The notes under the pieces were generated by a model. That model ran no database searches, was not told where the DNA came from, and saw only the letters and a list, made by a program, of their open reading frames with translations. A program made the translations under genes and the position numbers. Below are positions 8,716-18,835 of a stretch of DNA of 32,000 nucleotides, piece by piece (within the stretch, counting starts at the first letter, position 1; each line of letters opens with the position of its first letter). The DNA is taken from the NCBI RefSeq assembly GCF_030156785.1, contig NZ_JASGLW010000009.1, positions 54,359 to 86,358 of the forward strand, in the 5' to 3' direction. Origin of the DNA: Methanohalophilus sp. GTDB taxonomy: Archaea > Halobacteriota > Methanosarcinia > Methanosarcinales > Methanosarcinaceae.

Positions 8716-11373
8716 TTACTTGTTTTCACTTTCAATTACTGCATGTGCTGCTGCAATCCTTGCGATTGGTACCCTGAACGGGGAGCAGCTAACATAGTTA
8801 AGACCGATTTCATGGCCAAACTTGACTGATTTAGGATCTCCACCATGCTCACCACAAATTCCTATCTTGAGGTTTTTACGTGTGGATCTTCCCTTTTCAA
8901 TTCCAATTTTAACAAGCTGACCAACGCCATCCTGATCGAGTACTGCAAATGGATCATCTTCCAGTATACCTTTCTCAACGTACAATGGCAGGAATTTTCC
9001 GGCATCGTCGCGACTGAATCCGAATGTGGTCTGGGTAAGATCATTTGTACCAAATGAGAAGAATTCTGCTTCTTTTGCAATCTGATCTGCTGTGATGGCA
9101 GCACGTGGTAACTCAATCATGGTTCCTACCAGATAGTCAATTTCAGCACCACATTCTTTCATAGTGGCTTCTGCCGTAGTTTTAACGTTCTGTTTGATCA
9201 GTTCAAGTTCCCTTACGTGGCTGACCAGTGGAATCATAATTTCAGGAACTATTTTCAACCCTTCTCTGGTAAGTTCGCAGGCAGCTTCTATGATTGCGCG
9301 AACCTGCATTTCATAGACTTCAGGGTAGGTAATTCCAAGTCTGCATCCGCGGTGTCCAAGCATTGGGTTTATTTCCTTGAGCACTTCTACTCTGTCAAGT
9401 ACTCTTTGGACTTCATCAATTTCTTTTTTATCGGCGCCTTTCATCTCGAGCTCGCGGATTTTTTCGATTAGCTCTTCTTGATTAGGGAGGAATTCGTGTA
9501 GTGGTGGATCAAGCAGCCTGATGGTTACAGGGAAGCCGTCCATTGCCCTGAAAATGCCGATGAAATCCTCTTTCTGCATTGGCAGTAACTTTTCAAGAGC
9601 CTGCTTCCTGCTTTTGACATCTTCCGCCATAATCATTTCGCGGACAGCCGGGATTCTTTCTTCTCCAAAGAACATGTGTTCGGTACGGCATAATCCTATT
9701 CCTTGTGCACCGAAATCTCTTGCAACCGTTGCATCGTGTGGCGTATCTGCATTGGCACGGACTTTAAGGCTGCGAATTTCATCAGCCCATGTGAGAATAG
9801 TATAAAGTTCGCCTGTAAGTTTTGGGGGTATTAGGTCAACTTTTCCGAGGATTACATTCCCGGTGGAGCCATCGATGCTGATATAATCGCCTTCCTTGAC
9901 GATTACTTTGCCAGTTGTAAATTCTCTTTTTTCCATATCAATGGAAATCGCCCCACAACCTGTAACACAGGGTTTGCCCATACCTCGAGCAACTACCGCA
10001 GCGTGGGAGGTCATTCCTCCTCTTACGGTAAGAATACCTTCTGATGCATCCATTCCACCGATATCTTCAGGGGAGGTTTCAGTCCGGACAAGGATTGTTT
10101 TGATACCTTCTTTGGCTTTATCTTCCGCATCTTCTGCTGTGAAAACAACTCTTCCGACTGCAGCTCCTGGTGAAGCAGGAAGGCCTGTGGCTATTACGTC
10201 ATAAGTAGCATCAGGATCAAACATTGGGTGAAGAAGCATGTCAATTTGGGCAGGTTCAATTCTTGATACAGCTGTCTTCTTATCAATTAATCCTTCTTTT
10301 TCCATATCCACTGCAATCTTGATGGCTGCAGCAGCAGTGCGTTTGCCAGTACGGGTCTGGAGTATGTAGAGCTTACCCTCCTGAATTGTGAACTCAATAT
10401 CCTGCATATCACGGAAGTGATTCTCCAGCTTTTTGTAAATCTTTTCAAGTTGTTCATAAACTTTCGGCATATTCTTTTTAAGATTCTCGATGGGCTGTGG
10501 CGTACGAATACCTGCAACTACATCTTCTCCCTGAGCGTTGGTAAGGTATTCACCAAAGAAGCGTTTTTCACCAGTTGCCGGATCACGGGTAAAGGCAACT
10601 CCTGTGCCACAGTCATCTCCCATATTACCGAATACCATACTCTGGACATTAACGGCTGTCCCCCACTCATCGGGTATTCCATTGAGTTTCCTATATTTAA
10701 TAGCTCTCTGGTTATTCCATGAGTTGAAAACAGCATCAATTGCCATCTGGAGTTGCTTTCTTGGATCCTGTGGGAAGTCTTCGCCAGTGTGCTCTTTAAT
10801 TACTTCTTTAAATTTATTCACCAAGTCTTTTAGTGAGGCAACATCAAGTTCCGTATCTTGCTCAACACCAAGTTCGTGCTTCTTTTCTTCAAGAATCGAC
10901 TCAAATTTGGCATATTTTATGCCAAGCACAACATCTCCAAACATCGTGAGGAAACGTCTGTAGCTATCATAAGCAAAACGTTCATTATTGGATTTCTTGG
11001 CAATTCCCTTGACGGTTTTATCATTAAGACCCAGATTCAGAACAGTATCCATCATACCGGGCATTGATACACGGGCTCCCGATCTGACAGAAAGAAGCAG
11101 GGGGTTATCTGGGTCCCCAAATTTTTTCTTATTTGCCTCTTCTAGTTTCAAAAGGGCTTCATCGATCTGTTCCAGAAGACCATCAGGATATTTATGATCC
11201 CTGAGATAAAGAACACAAACTTCTGTAGTAATTGTAAATCCGGCCGGAACCGGAATGCCTAGGTTTGCCATTTCTGCAAGGTTGGCGCCTTTGCCACCAA
11301 GCAGGTCCTTCATGCTGTTGTTGCCTTCAGTATAGCCGTTTCCGAAAAGGTACACGAACTTTTTATTTGCCAC
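8716..11373 (-). CDS. ppdK: pyruvate, phosphate dikinase
   Basis: It contains [10 protein letters not shown], the phosphohistidine loop [13 protein letters not shown] and the C-terminal PEP-utilizing domain CGEHGGDP. I trimmed the start from the 920-aa track ORF to GTG at 11373..11371, which sits 7 nt after GGAGG and gives (M)ANKKFVYLF and about 885 aa. Confidence 0.93.
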   Translation of the reverse strand: MANKKFVYLFGNGYTEGNNSMKDLLGGKGANLAEMANLGIPVPAGFTITTEVCVLYLRDHKYPDGLLEQIDEALLKLEEANKKKFGDPDNPLLLSVRSGARVSMPGMMDTVLNLGLNDKTVKGIAKKSNNERFAYDSYRRFLTMFGDVVLGIKYAKFESILEEKKHELGVEQDTELDVASLKDLVNKFKEVIKEHTGEDFPQDPRKQLQMAIDAVFNSWNNQRAIKYRKLNGIPDEWGTAVNVQSMVFGNMGDDCGTGVAFTRDPATGEKRFFGEYLTNAQGEDVVAGIRTPQPIENLKKNMPKVYEQLEKIYKKLENHFRDMQDIEFTIQEGKLYILQTRTGKRTAAAAIKIAVDMEKEGLIDKKTAVSRIEPAQIDMLLHPMFDPDATYDVIATGLPASPGAAVGRVVFTAEDAEDKAKEGIKTILVRTETSPEDIGGMDASEGILTVRGGMTSHAAVVARGMGKPCVTGCGAISIDMEKREFTTGKVIVKEGDYISIDGSTGNVILGKVDLIPPKLTGELYTILTWADEIRSLKVRANADTPHDATVARDFGAQGIGLCRTEHMFFGEERIPAVREMIMAEDVKSRKQALEKLLPMQKEDFIGIFRAMDGFPVTIRLLDPPLHEFLPNQEELIEKIRELEMKGADKKEIDEVQRVLDRVEVLKEINPMLGHRGCRLGITYPEVYEMQVRAIIEAACELTREGLKIVPEIMIPLVSHVRELELIKQNVKTTAEATMKECGAEIDYLVGTMIELPRAAITADQIAKEAEFFSFGTNDLTQTTFGFSRDDAGKFLPLYVEKGILEDDPFAVLDQDGVGQLVKIGIEKGRSTRKNLKIGICGEHGGDPKSVKFGHEIGLNYVSCSPFRVPIARIAAAHAVIESENK

Positions 11374-11613
11374 TAACTTTCCTCCCAGCGGAATATCTAG
11401 TCTGTTAGTTGGTGTCACAATAGTTGATTTTATATTAAGGTTTATCGGAAATCTAACACTTTTATTATGCTTTTGCAAATAAATCCTGTTTCTTATTGGT
11501 CATAATATTTCAAAATCCAGATAGTTTTATATTAAAGAGATTGCGATACATTTATATATGATAATTCTAATGTATTTATACCTCCAAATTGCCTTATATA
11601 TGGGGAAGGATTT

Positions 11614-11874
11614 ATGAAACGTCTTGGGACAGTATCCAGCATTGAAGGTAACGGAAAACTTGTCATTCGGGCAGCTGAAGGTTTTGCATCTGGTTCTCTG
11701 AAAGATATGCCACATATAGGTTCTATTGTGATGGATCAAAATGTAAGACGCATTGGTAAAGTGTCATCTGTTATCGGATCGGTTTCCAATCCTTATGTAA
11801 TAGTCAAAGTCGCAAAAAATGTTTCATTTTCCAAACTTAAGGCTTGTCTTAACCAGAAATTATATGTGAAGTGA
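11614..11874 (+). CDS. gar1: H/ACA RNP component Gar1
   Basis: 86 aa. The Gar1-type barrel pattern is MKRLGTVSSIEGNGKLVIRA...IGKVSSVIGSVSNPYVIVKV. It lies directly upstream of tfb, as in many Euryarchaeota. Confidence 0.8.
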   Translation: MKRLGTVSSIEGNGKLVIRAAEGFASGSLKDMPHIGSIVMDQNVRRIGKVSSVIGSVSNPYVIVKVAKNVSFSKLKACLNQKLYVK

Positions 11875-11929
11875 GAAAGTCGGGGCTTTATTTTGGATTC
11901 CAAGTTGTTCACAACTATGAGGAACTGAT

Positions 11930-12943
11930 ATGGTTGAAGTTGAAAGAGTAAGATATTCTGATACGTCTGCAAGGGAAAAAATGCGTGCAAAGATTAAAGC
12001 ACGCAAAGAGCAGGAAAAGAGTTCTGAAGTAGAAGAAAAGGTACTTGAGTGCCCGGAATGTGGCAGTCATAACCTTGAGCAGGACTATGAGCGGGCTGAG
12101 CTTGTCTGTGCCGACTGTGGGCTTGTAGTGGATGCTGATTTTGTGGATGAAGGGCCGGAATGGCGTGCTTTTGACCATGATCAGAGAATGAAGCGTTCGC
12201 GTGTGGGCGCACCAATGACTTATACCATTCATGACAAGGGTCTATCGACCATGATTGACTGGAGAAACCGCGATTCCTACGGGAAATCCATTTCCTCCAA
12301 GAACCGTGCACAATTGTACAGGTTGAGAAAATGGCAGCGCCGTATCCGTGTGAGCAACGCTACGGAAAGAAACCTTGCATTTGCATTGTCCGAACTTGAC
12401 AGGATGGCTTCGGCACTTGGTCTGCCTAGAACTGTGCGTGAAAACGCTGCAGTTGTCTACCGTAAGGCGGTTGACAAGAACCTGATTCGCGGACGCAGTA
12501 TTGAAGGCGTGGCCGCAGCAGCTTTGTATGCAGCATGCAGGCAGTGCAGTGTTCCAAGAACTCTTGATGAAATCGGAGAGGTTTCAAGGGTAAGCAGGAA
12601 AGAAATCGGTAGGACATACCGTTTTATTTCCAGGGAATTGTCCCTCAAGCTTATGCCAACTTCCCCAATTGATTATGTGCCTCGTTTCTGTTCGGGATTA
12701 AACCTGAAAGGTGAGGTGCAGGCAAGAGGTGTGGAAATCCTGAGGCAGGCTTCGGAGAAAGAATTAACCAGCGGTCGCGGGCCAACAGGTGTTGCTGCAG
12801 CTGCAATTTACATTGCATCTATTCTTTGCGGTGAGCGCAGGACACAGCGTGAGGTCGCGGATGTAGCCGGTGTAACTGAAGTAACTATCAGGAACCGCTA
12901 CAAGGAGCTTGCCGAAGAACTGGATATTGAAATTATTCTTTAA
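11930..12943 (+). CDS. tfb: transcription initiation factor IIB (TFB)
   Basis: 337 aa. It has the Zn ribbon CPECGSHNL...CADCGLVV, a B-linker and two cyclin-fold repeats. Confidence 0.95.
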   Translation: MVEVERVRYSDTSAREKMRAKIKARKEQEKSSEVEEKVLECPECGSHNLEQDYERAELVCADCGLVVDADFVDEGPEWRAFDHDQRMKRSRVGAPMTYTIHDKGLSTMIDWRNRDSYGKSISSKNRAQLYRLRKWQRRIRVSNATERNLAFALSELDRMASALGLPRTVRENAAVVYRKAVDKNLIRGRSIEGVAAAALYAACRQCSVPRTLDEIGEVSRVSRKEIGRTYRFISRELSLKLMPTSPIDYVPRFCSGLNLKGEVQARGVEILRQASEKELTSGRGPTGVAAAAIYIASILCGERRTQREVADVAGVTEVTIRNRYKELAEELDIEIIL

Positions 12944-13002
12944 TTAACTCGTCTGGAGAGGGATGCGTTTATCATCCTTCGTCCTGTTTTTCTTTTCATG
13001 CT

Positions 13003-13614
13003 ATGCTTGAAGTCATTGAGATGCTTACCATCGGTTTTATTGTGGGTCTCGCGGGTGCGCTGGTTCCCGGTCCCATGTTACTTGTAACAATAGATGGAGC
13101 ATTGAAAAACGGGTGGATGGCGGGTCCGGTGGTTGTGGCGGGTCATGCGGCTATAGAATTGGTCATTTGTATCCTGATAGTTCTTGGAATGGCCTCGCTA
13201 ATAGGTGAACATGAGATGTCAATTATTTCTGTTGCAGGTGGAGTTGTATTGTTTGCTTTTGGGATTCTCACAATCATGCAGGCCCGTAGTTCTTCCCGGC
13301 TTGTGCAGAAAGTAGATGGAATTGTTTCCAACCCGTTTTCTGCAGGTGTGCTTTCATCAGCTTCCAATCCTTATTTCTGGATATGGTGGCTGACGGCAGG
13401 CAGTGCACTGGTATTGCGTGGCCTTGAGATCGGATTGCTTGCAGCAGTTTTCTTTGTGGTAGGTCACTGGATGGCGGATCTGGGATGGTTTACTGTTGTT
13501 TCGGTTTCAATGAGCCGTGGAAAGCAAATGATTTCGGATGTAGTTTACCGGAAAGTACTGTTAGGTTGCGGTATTTTCCTGATGGGATTTGGAGCATGGT
13601 TTGCAATGGGGTGA
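13003..13614 (+). CDS. LysE-family amino-acid exporter
   Basis: 203 aa membrane protein with the N-terminal segment GALVPGPM. It has about six hydrophobic segments. Confidence 0.75.
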   Translation: MLEVIEMLTIGFIVGLAGALVPGPMLLVTIDGALKNGWMAGPVVVAGHAAIELVICILIVLGMASLIGEHEMSIISVAGGVVLFAFGILTIMQARSSSRLVQKVDGIVSNPFSAGVLSSASNPYFWIWWLTAGSALVLRGLEIGLLAAVFFVVGHWMADLGWFTVVSVSMSRGKQMISDVVYRKVLLGCGIFLMGFGAWFAMG

Positions 13615-13628
13615 TTATTCTGGAATGC

Positions 13629-14606
13629 TTGTGTGTAAAAGTTAAGAAAAGATCAGGGGAGTCTGTAAGAGCGGTTCTTTTTGAACAGGATTTGCTTGAC
13701 AATTCATTCAGGATTGCTGCTGACGGTGATTATCTTTATCTTCCTATAAAATCCACTCCGGATGAATCTCTTTTTACCCATCCGGTATCGGTTGAGTATC
13801 ATGAATGTGAGCCTCAGCAATCGCGGCCGACTCTGAAAGATATGCTTGGCTATGCACCGTCCTTTGAGATTGTAGGAGACATTGCGATAATCGATTCAGA
13901 TGAACCGGAGGCTGAGAAAGTGGCACGTGCCCTGCTAAAGTTTCGGCCCCAACTTAAGGCGGTTCTTGGGGAAGGGCCTGCCATTGAAGGAGAATTCAGG
14001 GTTCGTCCCATGCGTTTTATCGCAGGGGAAAAGCATACAGAAACAATTCATAAGGATCATGGATGCCTTTATGCGCTGGATATTGCAAAGGTGTACTTTT
14101 CTCCAAGACTTTCCACAGAGAGGCAGCGGATTGCCGATCAGATAGGTCCAGATGATGTGGTTGTGGATATGTTTGCAGGCGTGGGACCCTATAGTATCCC
14201 GGCTGCAAAACGATGCAGGAAGGTCTATGCTGCCGACAAGAATCCAGAAGCTGTGAAATTCCTGAAAAAGAATGTGGAATTAAACAAGCTGGATAACATG
14301 GAGGCAATGGAGGCCGATGCCCGCGATCTGCCTGAGATCCTCGGACAGGTTGCCGATCATGTGATTATGAACCTGCCCCACAACGCATCGGATTTTCTGA
14401 AAGAGGCGATAGCTCTCACAAAACCAGGCGGTGTAATCCACTATTATGCCATGGCACATGAGGATTCTCTCTTTGGGCCATCTATCGATATTATAAAAAA
14501 AGCTGCAACCGATGCGGGCAGGAGGGTGGAAGTGGTTGAAACCCGCACAGTCCGATCCTATGCACCACACCAGTATAATATCTGTATTGATGCCCGGATT
14601 GACTGA
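13629..14606 (+). CDS. trm5: tRNA (guanine37-N1)-methyltransferase Trm5-type (class I SAM MTase)
   Basis: SAM-binding motif DMFAGVGPYSIPAAK and catalytic NLPH. The track ORF starts at 13485 inside the LysE gene. I place the start at in-frame TTG 13629, giving (M)CVKVKKRSGE just after the LysE stop. That start is inferred. Confidence 0.8.
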   Translation: MCVKVKKRSGESVRAVLFEQDLLDNSFRIAADGDYLYLPIKSTPDESLFTHPVSVEYHECEPQQSRPTLKDMLGYAPSFEIVGDIAIIDSDEPEAEKVARALLKFRPQLKAVLGEGPAIEGEFRVRPMRFIAGEKHTETIHKDHGCLYALDIAKVYFSPRLSTERQRIADQIGPDDVVVDMFAGVGPYSIPAAKRCRKVYAADKNPEAVKFLKKNVELNKLDNMEAMEADARDLPEILGQVADHVIMNLPHNASDFLKEAIALTKPGGVIHYYAMAHEDSLFGPSIDIIKKAATDAGRRVEVVETRTVRSYAPHQYNICIDARID

Positions 14607-14661
14607 TATATAAGCGAAATCATTAAATCCTTGTATTCGTACTTTCGATAGCCTCGTTTTT

Positions 14662-14733
14662 GCCGTCGTGGCTTAGTGGTATAGCGGCTGATTCGTAATC
14701 AGCAGGCCGGGGGTTCGAATCCCCCCGACGGCT
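14662..14733 (+). tRNA. tRNA-Thr (anticodon CGU)
   Basis: The manual cloverleaf is: acceptor GCCGTCG/CGACGGC, anticodon stem GCTGA/TCAGC, loop TTCGTAA (anticodon CGT), T arm GGGGG-TTCGAAT-CCCCC, discriminator T. No CCA is encoded. Confidence 0.9.
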
Positions 14734-15006
14734 AATTATCCCGAGATTCAAACATTATAAACTTATTTTGTGATTTGGTGTGATGTATATTTTATATTAG
14801 GTTAAGTGTGAGGTGTAAATAATGCACAATATTCAAGATTCAAATAATAATTGTCAGTTACAATTCCTGATAGCATAGTAGATCTAAAGGGCTGGAAAAA
14901 AGGAACAAATCTTAAGTTTGTTAAAGTTTATTCCTGCCGGTGATCATGGTTGTCATTCCCCTACCTTTAAGAAATACAACAATGATTTTGGTGATCCCTT
15001 GAGTCT

Positions 15007-15029
15007 TTTATTTGGGATAAGGGATTTTT
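15007..15029 (+). repeat. 23-bp motif TTTATTTGGGATAAGGGATTTTT, copy 1 (downstream of csa3)
   Basis: It matches 15931..15953 at 19 of 23 positions without gaps, in the same orientation. Confidence 0.4.
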
Positions 15030-15082
15030 CTGCATCTTATTGATAGCAACAACTACTTTCTTGCCACATCAACCTATATTTC

Positions 15083-15682
15083 TCAGATTACAGCAATCTT
15101 TCCCGCATCAGTTATCGAATAGCCGTCTTTCTCTTCGATATATCCCATGGTCTTGAGTTCACGCAGGTGGTTGTATGTCATTCCTTTTGAGATTCCAATG
15201 TTAACTGCAATGGTCTTTACCGACTTGATGCCCGACTGGATCTGTTCAAGAATTAGTTTTTTTGTGTCAGAAATATTAAAACTCAAGATAGGGAAATCAA
15301 TGATGAAATTGTCTTCCTCAGTGACATATACTATCTTCTTTACCATATCACTTCTGGCATAAGATCCAAAGAGAGCGCCGAATGCCTGCGGTTTCCTACC
15401 ACCGGAAACATTCACGATTATTTCGTTTCCTCGTGCGTATTCATCTTCTATCAAGTTTGCCACGTCCTGAGCTACGCGCACGGTGTCGTAGAGGGATGTT
15501 ATCTTCTTTTCAATCTCTATTACCTTCCCAAATGTAGCTTCCAGCATCTGTTCAGCCTGACGTTTTTTTTCTACAGTTCCATCTTCGGTTAGGATGATGA
15601 GTTTGGAAGGGGATAGGCGAGTCACACATGTGATTACTGGTTCGATAGCGTAGAGGGTAGTAATTAGGGTTAGGTTGGACAT
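15083..15682 (-). CDS. csa3: Csa3-like CRISPR-associated transcriptional regulator (N-terminal CARF domain + C-terminal wHTH)
   Basis: 199 aa counted from ATG 15682 (MSNLTLITTLYAIEPV). The Rossmann-like N-terminal domain has VSGGRKPQ. The C-terminal segment SVKTIAVNIGISKGMTYNHLRELKTMGYIEEKDGYSITDAGK is a winged helix. The gene is divergent from cas3. Confidence 0.75.
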   Translation of the reverse strand: MSNLTLITTLYAIEPVITCVTRLSPSKLIILTEDGTVEKKRQAEQMLEATFGKVIEIEKKITSLYDTVRVAQDVANLIEDEYARGNEIIVNVSGGRKPQAFGALFGSYARSDMVKKIVYVTEEDNFIIDFPILSFNISDTKKLILEQIQSGIKSVKTIAVNIGISKGMTYNHLRELKTMGYIEEKDGYSITDAGKIAVI

Positions 15683-16042
15683 CAGATTTACTTTATTGGT
15701 TAGGAGTTTATATTGCTTCCTATATATGATGCATATGTTTTTGTAAATATCTACTACCATTAATTATATATCCAACGTTTACTTATCTACATTATATGTC
15801 ATCAAGCACTCATGCAGATCTTGATCATCGTTTCGAGATGCCTATAACCTTAGAGAATAATAAAGAATGTATAAGATGATAATTTCTGGACAAAAATTAT
15901 ATTACCTATCAAATCGATTTATTTCAATAGTTTATTTGTTGGAAGGGATTTTTGATAACATTACTTTCATTTAATTTGGGAGTACAAAATAAACGGAACG
16001 CAATTACAATAGCCTTGTAGCAACAAAAAGGGAGGTTGGATC
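15683..16042. promoter_or_regulatory. divergent csa3/cas3 intergenic control region
   Basis: 360 bp AT-rich spacer between the two start codons. It contains the 23-bp motif copy at 15931..15953 and GGGAGG 7 nt before the cas3 ATG. Confidence 0.4.
15931..15953 (+). repeat. 23-bp motif TTTATTTGTTGGAAGGGATTTTT, copy 2 (90 bp upstream of the cas3 ATG)
   Basis: It matches 15007..15029 at 19 of 23 positions. Confidence 0.4.
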
Positions 16043-18823
16043 ATGGCTGGCAAAGTTGAGAAGCTAATGTATCTTAATTGGGGCAAATCCATATCATCAG
16101 GAGAGGGGGATAATCTTGATTATCATTTACTTGTTTACCATTGTCTGGATGTTGCAGCGGTTGGAACTACCCTATTGGAAAATGATAAGCTATTGTTAGA
16201 GAAATTCAAAGAACATATTCCATTAGACGATGAACAAATCATCTCATTGGTGTCGTTCTATCTTGCAATCCATGATTTGGGCAAATTTTCAGAGAGATTT
16301 CAAAATCTTCAACCAAATTTACTAATTTCTTTAAGAGGGCATGATAGCAACAGAAGTTACACTCTTCGGCATGATAGCATGGGTTTTTACCTCTGGAGAA
16401 CGATCTGGCAAACTGTATGGAACGAGAACTGGCTTTGTCTGGACAAAAGTACCTTTAATTCATTAGATTGGAATGATATTATACTCCCGTGGATTAAATC
16501 AGTAACAGGACATCATGGTAATCCTCCAAAACCATATATGGACAATGGCATTGCAGTGAATCAAAATGAATTGTTTACTGAAGAAGACCTTTCAATGGCA
16601 AGTTCATATGTACAAAAAGTATCATCTTTGTTATTGAAAGATGCTTTCAAAGGTCTCTCTGGGCCTGAGGGCTATGAATACGAATTTGAAGATTTGGAAA
16701 CTGCATTCAAGAGTACTTCATGGTTACTTGCAGGTATTGTAATAGTAAGTGATTGGATTGGTTCTTCAAACGAACAGTTTGAATATTTATCAGTTCTTTT
16801 TCCTCTGGAGGAGTATTGGGAAAAATACGCTTTGCCTTCAGCAGAAAAAGCGCTGAACAATTCGGGTATTTTGCCTTCAGTGATTTCACCGAGTACTGGA
16901 ATGGATATTCTCTTTCCCAAAATCGATGTTCCGAGTCCAATGCAAGATCATATATCGAGCTGTCCCATTGCAGATAGTGCTCAACTCTTCATATTGGAAG
17001 ATACTACAGGAAGTGGCAAAACGGAAGCTGCTTTATGTTTGGCTCATCGTATAATGGCAAAGGGTATTGCAAACGGGATTTATTTTGGTCTGCCAACAAT
17101 GGCAACTTCTAATGCAATGTATGGAAGGTTAATGGATTCTTACAAAAAGTTGTATGTACCTAATTCCCTTCCTTCACTTGTGCTTGCGCACGGTCAAAGT
17201 CATCTATTGCATGTTTTCAGCAAATCTATTGATACTGAGGTCCACGAAAGTAGCAATTATGGAGATGCTTCATCAAATGATGCTACTGTTTCTTCACAAT
17301 GCTCTACATGGATAGCTGACAATCGCAAAAAAGCTCTGCTTGCTGATGTTGGTGTAGGAACTATTGACCAGGCTTTGTTGGGAGTTCTTCCTTCAAACCA
17401 TCAATCACTGAGATTACTGGGTTTGTCGCGCAATGTCCTGATAGTTGATGAGGTTCATGCGTATGATCCATATATGCATAGATTGCTATGCAGTCTTTTG
17501 GAATTCCATGCATCATTGGGTGGTAGTGCAATTCTTCTCTCTGCTACGCTACCGGTAAAACATCGTCAGGAATTGGCATCCCACTTTTGCCGTGGACTCG
17601 GTTGCTCAGTGGATGCTATTTCCAGTGACAAATATCCCCTTGTTACACATGTTTGCGAAAGTGGTCTATCGGAAATTCAAATAGAACCTCGTGTTGGTAC
17701 GGAACGTACTGTCAATGTTGAATTTTTCAATGATGAGTCATCTGTCAGAGAAAGACTTGTGAAATGTTCTATTGAGGGGAAGTGTTGTTGCTGGATTCGA
17801 AACACTGTTGATGATGCGATTGAATCATACGATATACTTGTATCTGAATTAGGAAGCGATTCTGTAATTCTTTTCCATGCAAGATATGCAATGGGAGATC
17901 GTCTGAAAATTGAAAATGATGTTCTTAGTGCATTCGGAAAAGAAAGTGATGTTCAGAAACGTAAGGGTAAAGTGCTAGTAGCAACTCAGGTAGTAGAACA
18001 GTCTTTGGATATAGATTTTGACTACATGGTTACTGATCTTGCTCCAATTGACCTTATCTTTCAGAGAGCCGGTCGTTTACAACGCCATTGTCGTGACAAA
18101 AACGGAGCTCTAAGTGATCGTGATGAACGGGGCACTCCACTTCTTGGAATCCTTTCTCCAAAATTGGGCGGGGACATCTCATCAGACTGGTATTCGGATA
18201 TGTTTCCTAAAGGGGCATATGTTTACCAATCTCACGGACAATTGTGGCTTACTGCTAATTTGCTTGCAGAACGTGGAAAGTTCTGCATACCGGATGAAAG
18301 TCGATATTTCATAGAGTGTGTTTTTGGCAAAGATGCTGGTACCAAAGTTCCCTCAGAATTGAAAGTTCTTGATGAACGTGCATATGGGGATTCAATGGCT
18401 CAAACCTCAATGGCGAATTTCAAATCTCTAAATTTTTCACAGGGTTATGAGCGTTCGGGTACACAATGGCTGGATGATGTTGTAACTCCAACCCGTCTTG
18501 GGGAATCGGTGAACATTCATCTTGCACGGTTTGAAAATGGGATTCTTGTTCCGATGGTAAAATCTGATAGGTTTTCATGGGAAATGAGCCAGTTAAGTGT
18601 TAGCGGCGGTCGTATCAGGTACTCAGACGACTATGACAAGGAAGTTAATGAGTTGATCCAGAAAGCTCAGGATTCAATGAAAGACAAAGGTAAGTGGAGT
18701 ATATTGATTCCTATGTTTTCAGATGATGGGATTAACTGGAAGGGTACTGCAAAAGACAAATACAACAGGCAAGTCAAGTTAGTTTACAATTCGGAAATTG
18801 GTCTTTGTCTAAATAAAGAATAA
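16043..18823 (+). CDS. cas3: Cas3 (HD nuclease + SF2 helicase), type I-E
   Basis: 926 aa. HD motifs are HCLDVAAVG and AIHDLGKFSERFQ. Helicase motif I is DTTGSGKTEAAL and motif II is DEVHAYD. Confidence 0.95.
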   Translation: MAGKVEKLMYLNWGKSISSGEGDNLDYHLLVYHCLDVAAVGTTLLENDKLLLEKFKEHIPLDDEQIISLVSFYLAIHDLGKFSERFQNLQPNLLISLRGHDSNRSYTLRHDSMGFYLWRTIWQTVWNENWLCLDKSTFNSLDWNDIILPWIKSVTGHHGNPPKPYMDNGIAVNQNELFTEEDLSMASSYVQKVSSLLLKDAFKGLSGPEGYEYEFEDLETAFKSTSWLLAGIVIVSDWIGSSNEQFEYLSVLFPLEEYWEKYALPSAEKALNNSGILPSVISPSTGMDILFPKIDVPSPMQDHISSCPIADSAQLFILEDTTGSGKTEAALCLAHRIMAKGIANGIYFGLPTMATSNAMYGRLMDSYKKLYVPNSLPSLVLAHGQSHLLHVFSKSIDTEVHESSNYGDASSNDATVSSQCSTWIADNRKKALLADVGVGTIDQALLGVLPSNHQSLRLLGLSRNVLIVDEVHAYDPYMHRLLCSLLEFHASLGGSAILLSATLPVKHRQELASHFCRGLGCSVDAISSDKYPLVTHVCESGLSEIQIEPRVGTERTVNVEFFNDESSVRERLVKCSIEGKCCCWIRNTVDDAIESYDILVSELGSDSVILFHARYAMGDRLKIENDVLSAFGKESDVQKRKGKVLVATQVVEQSLDIDFDYMVTDLAPIDLIFQRAGRLQRHCRDKNGALSDRDERGTPLLGILSPKLGGDISSDWYSDMFPKGAYVYQSHGQLWLTANLLAERGKFCIPDESRYFIECVFGKDAGTKVPSELKVLDERAYGDSMAQTSMANFKSLNFSQGYERSGTQWLDDVVTPTRLGESVNIHLARFENGILVPMVKSDRFSWEMSQLSVSGGRIRYSDDYDKEVNELIQKAQDSMKDKGKWSILIPMFSDDGINWKGTAKDKYNRQVKLVYNSEIGLCLNKE

Positions 18824-18835
18824 GAAGGTAATACC

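Noticed and set aside
1550-11197. Numerous antisense or alternative-frame ORFs inside hflX, the HerA-like gene, the PfkB gene, ppdK, tfb, cas3 and cas8e (for example 1550..1957, 6529..7008, 9896..10204 and 10538..10963)
   Set aside because: Each is fully embedded in a longer ORF with clear family motifs on the other strand or frame. They are typical shadow ORFs.
8716-11478. The 920-aa version of the ppdK ORF, starting at ATG 11478
   Set aside because: The first ~35 codons ([17 protein letters not shown]...) run through AT-rich upstream sequence. A GTG at 11373 preceded by GGAGG gives the canonical PPDK N-terminus (M)ANKKFVYLF and the usual ~885 aa length.
13485-13628. A 5' extension of the trm5 ORF overlapping the LysE gene by 130 nt
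   Set aside because: The extension is an alternative-frame reading of the LysE 3' end, and Trm5 homology only begins around CVKVKKRSGE. I used the in-frame TTG at 13629 instead.
14831-14842. ATTCAAGATTCA, about 100 bp downstream of the tRNA, matches 11 of 12 positions of the 37-nt repeat (ATTCAAGATCCA) and could be another decayed repeat
   Set aside because: Similarity collapses immediately outside the 12-mer in an AT-rich region, so it is consistent with chance.
14878-14886. The 9-mer GTAGATCTA is present both near the tRNA side of the island (14878..14886) and immediately after the last I-E repeat (27448..27456), and could be a pair of att-like direct repeats
   Set aside because: Only 9 bp are shared, with no extension on either side, and the core is a palindrome. 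I expect roughly 0.2-0.3 chance occurrences of any given 9-mer in a 32-kb window on both strands, so this is not significant.
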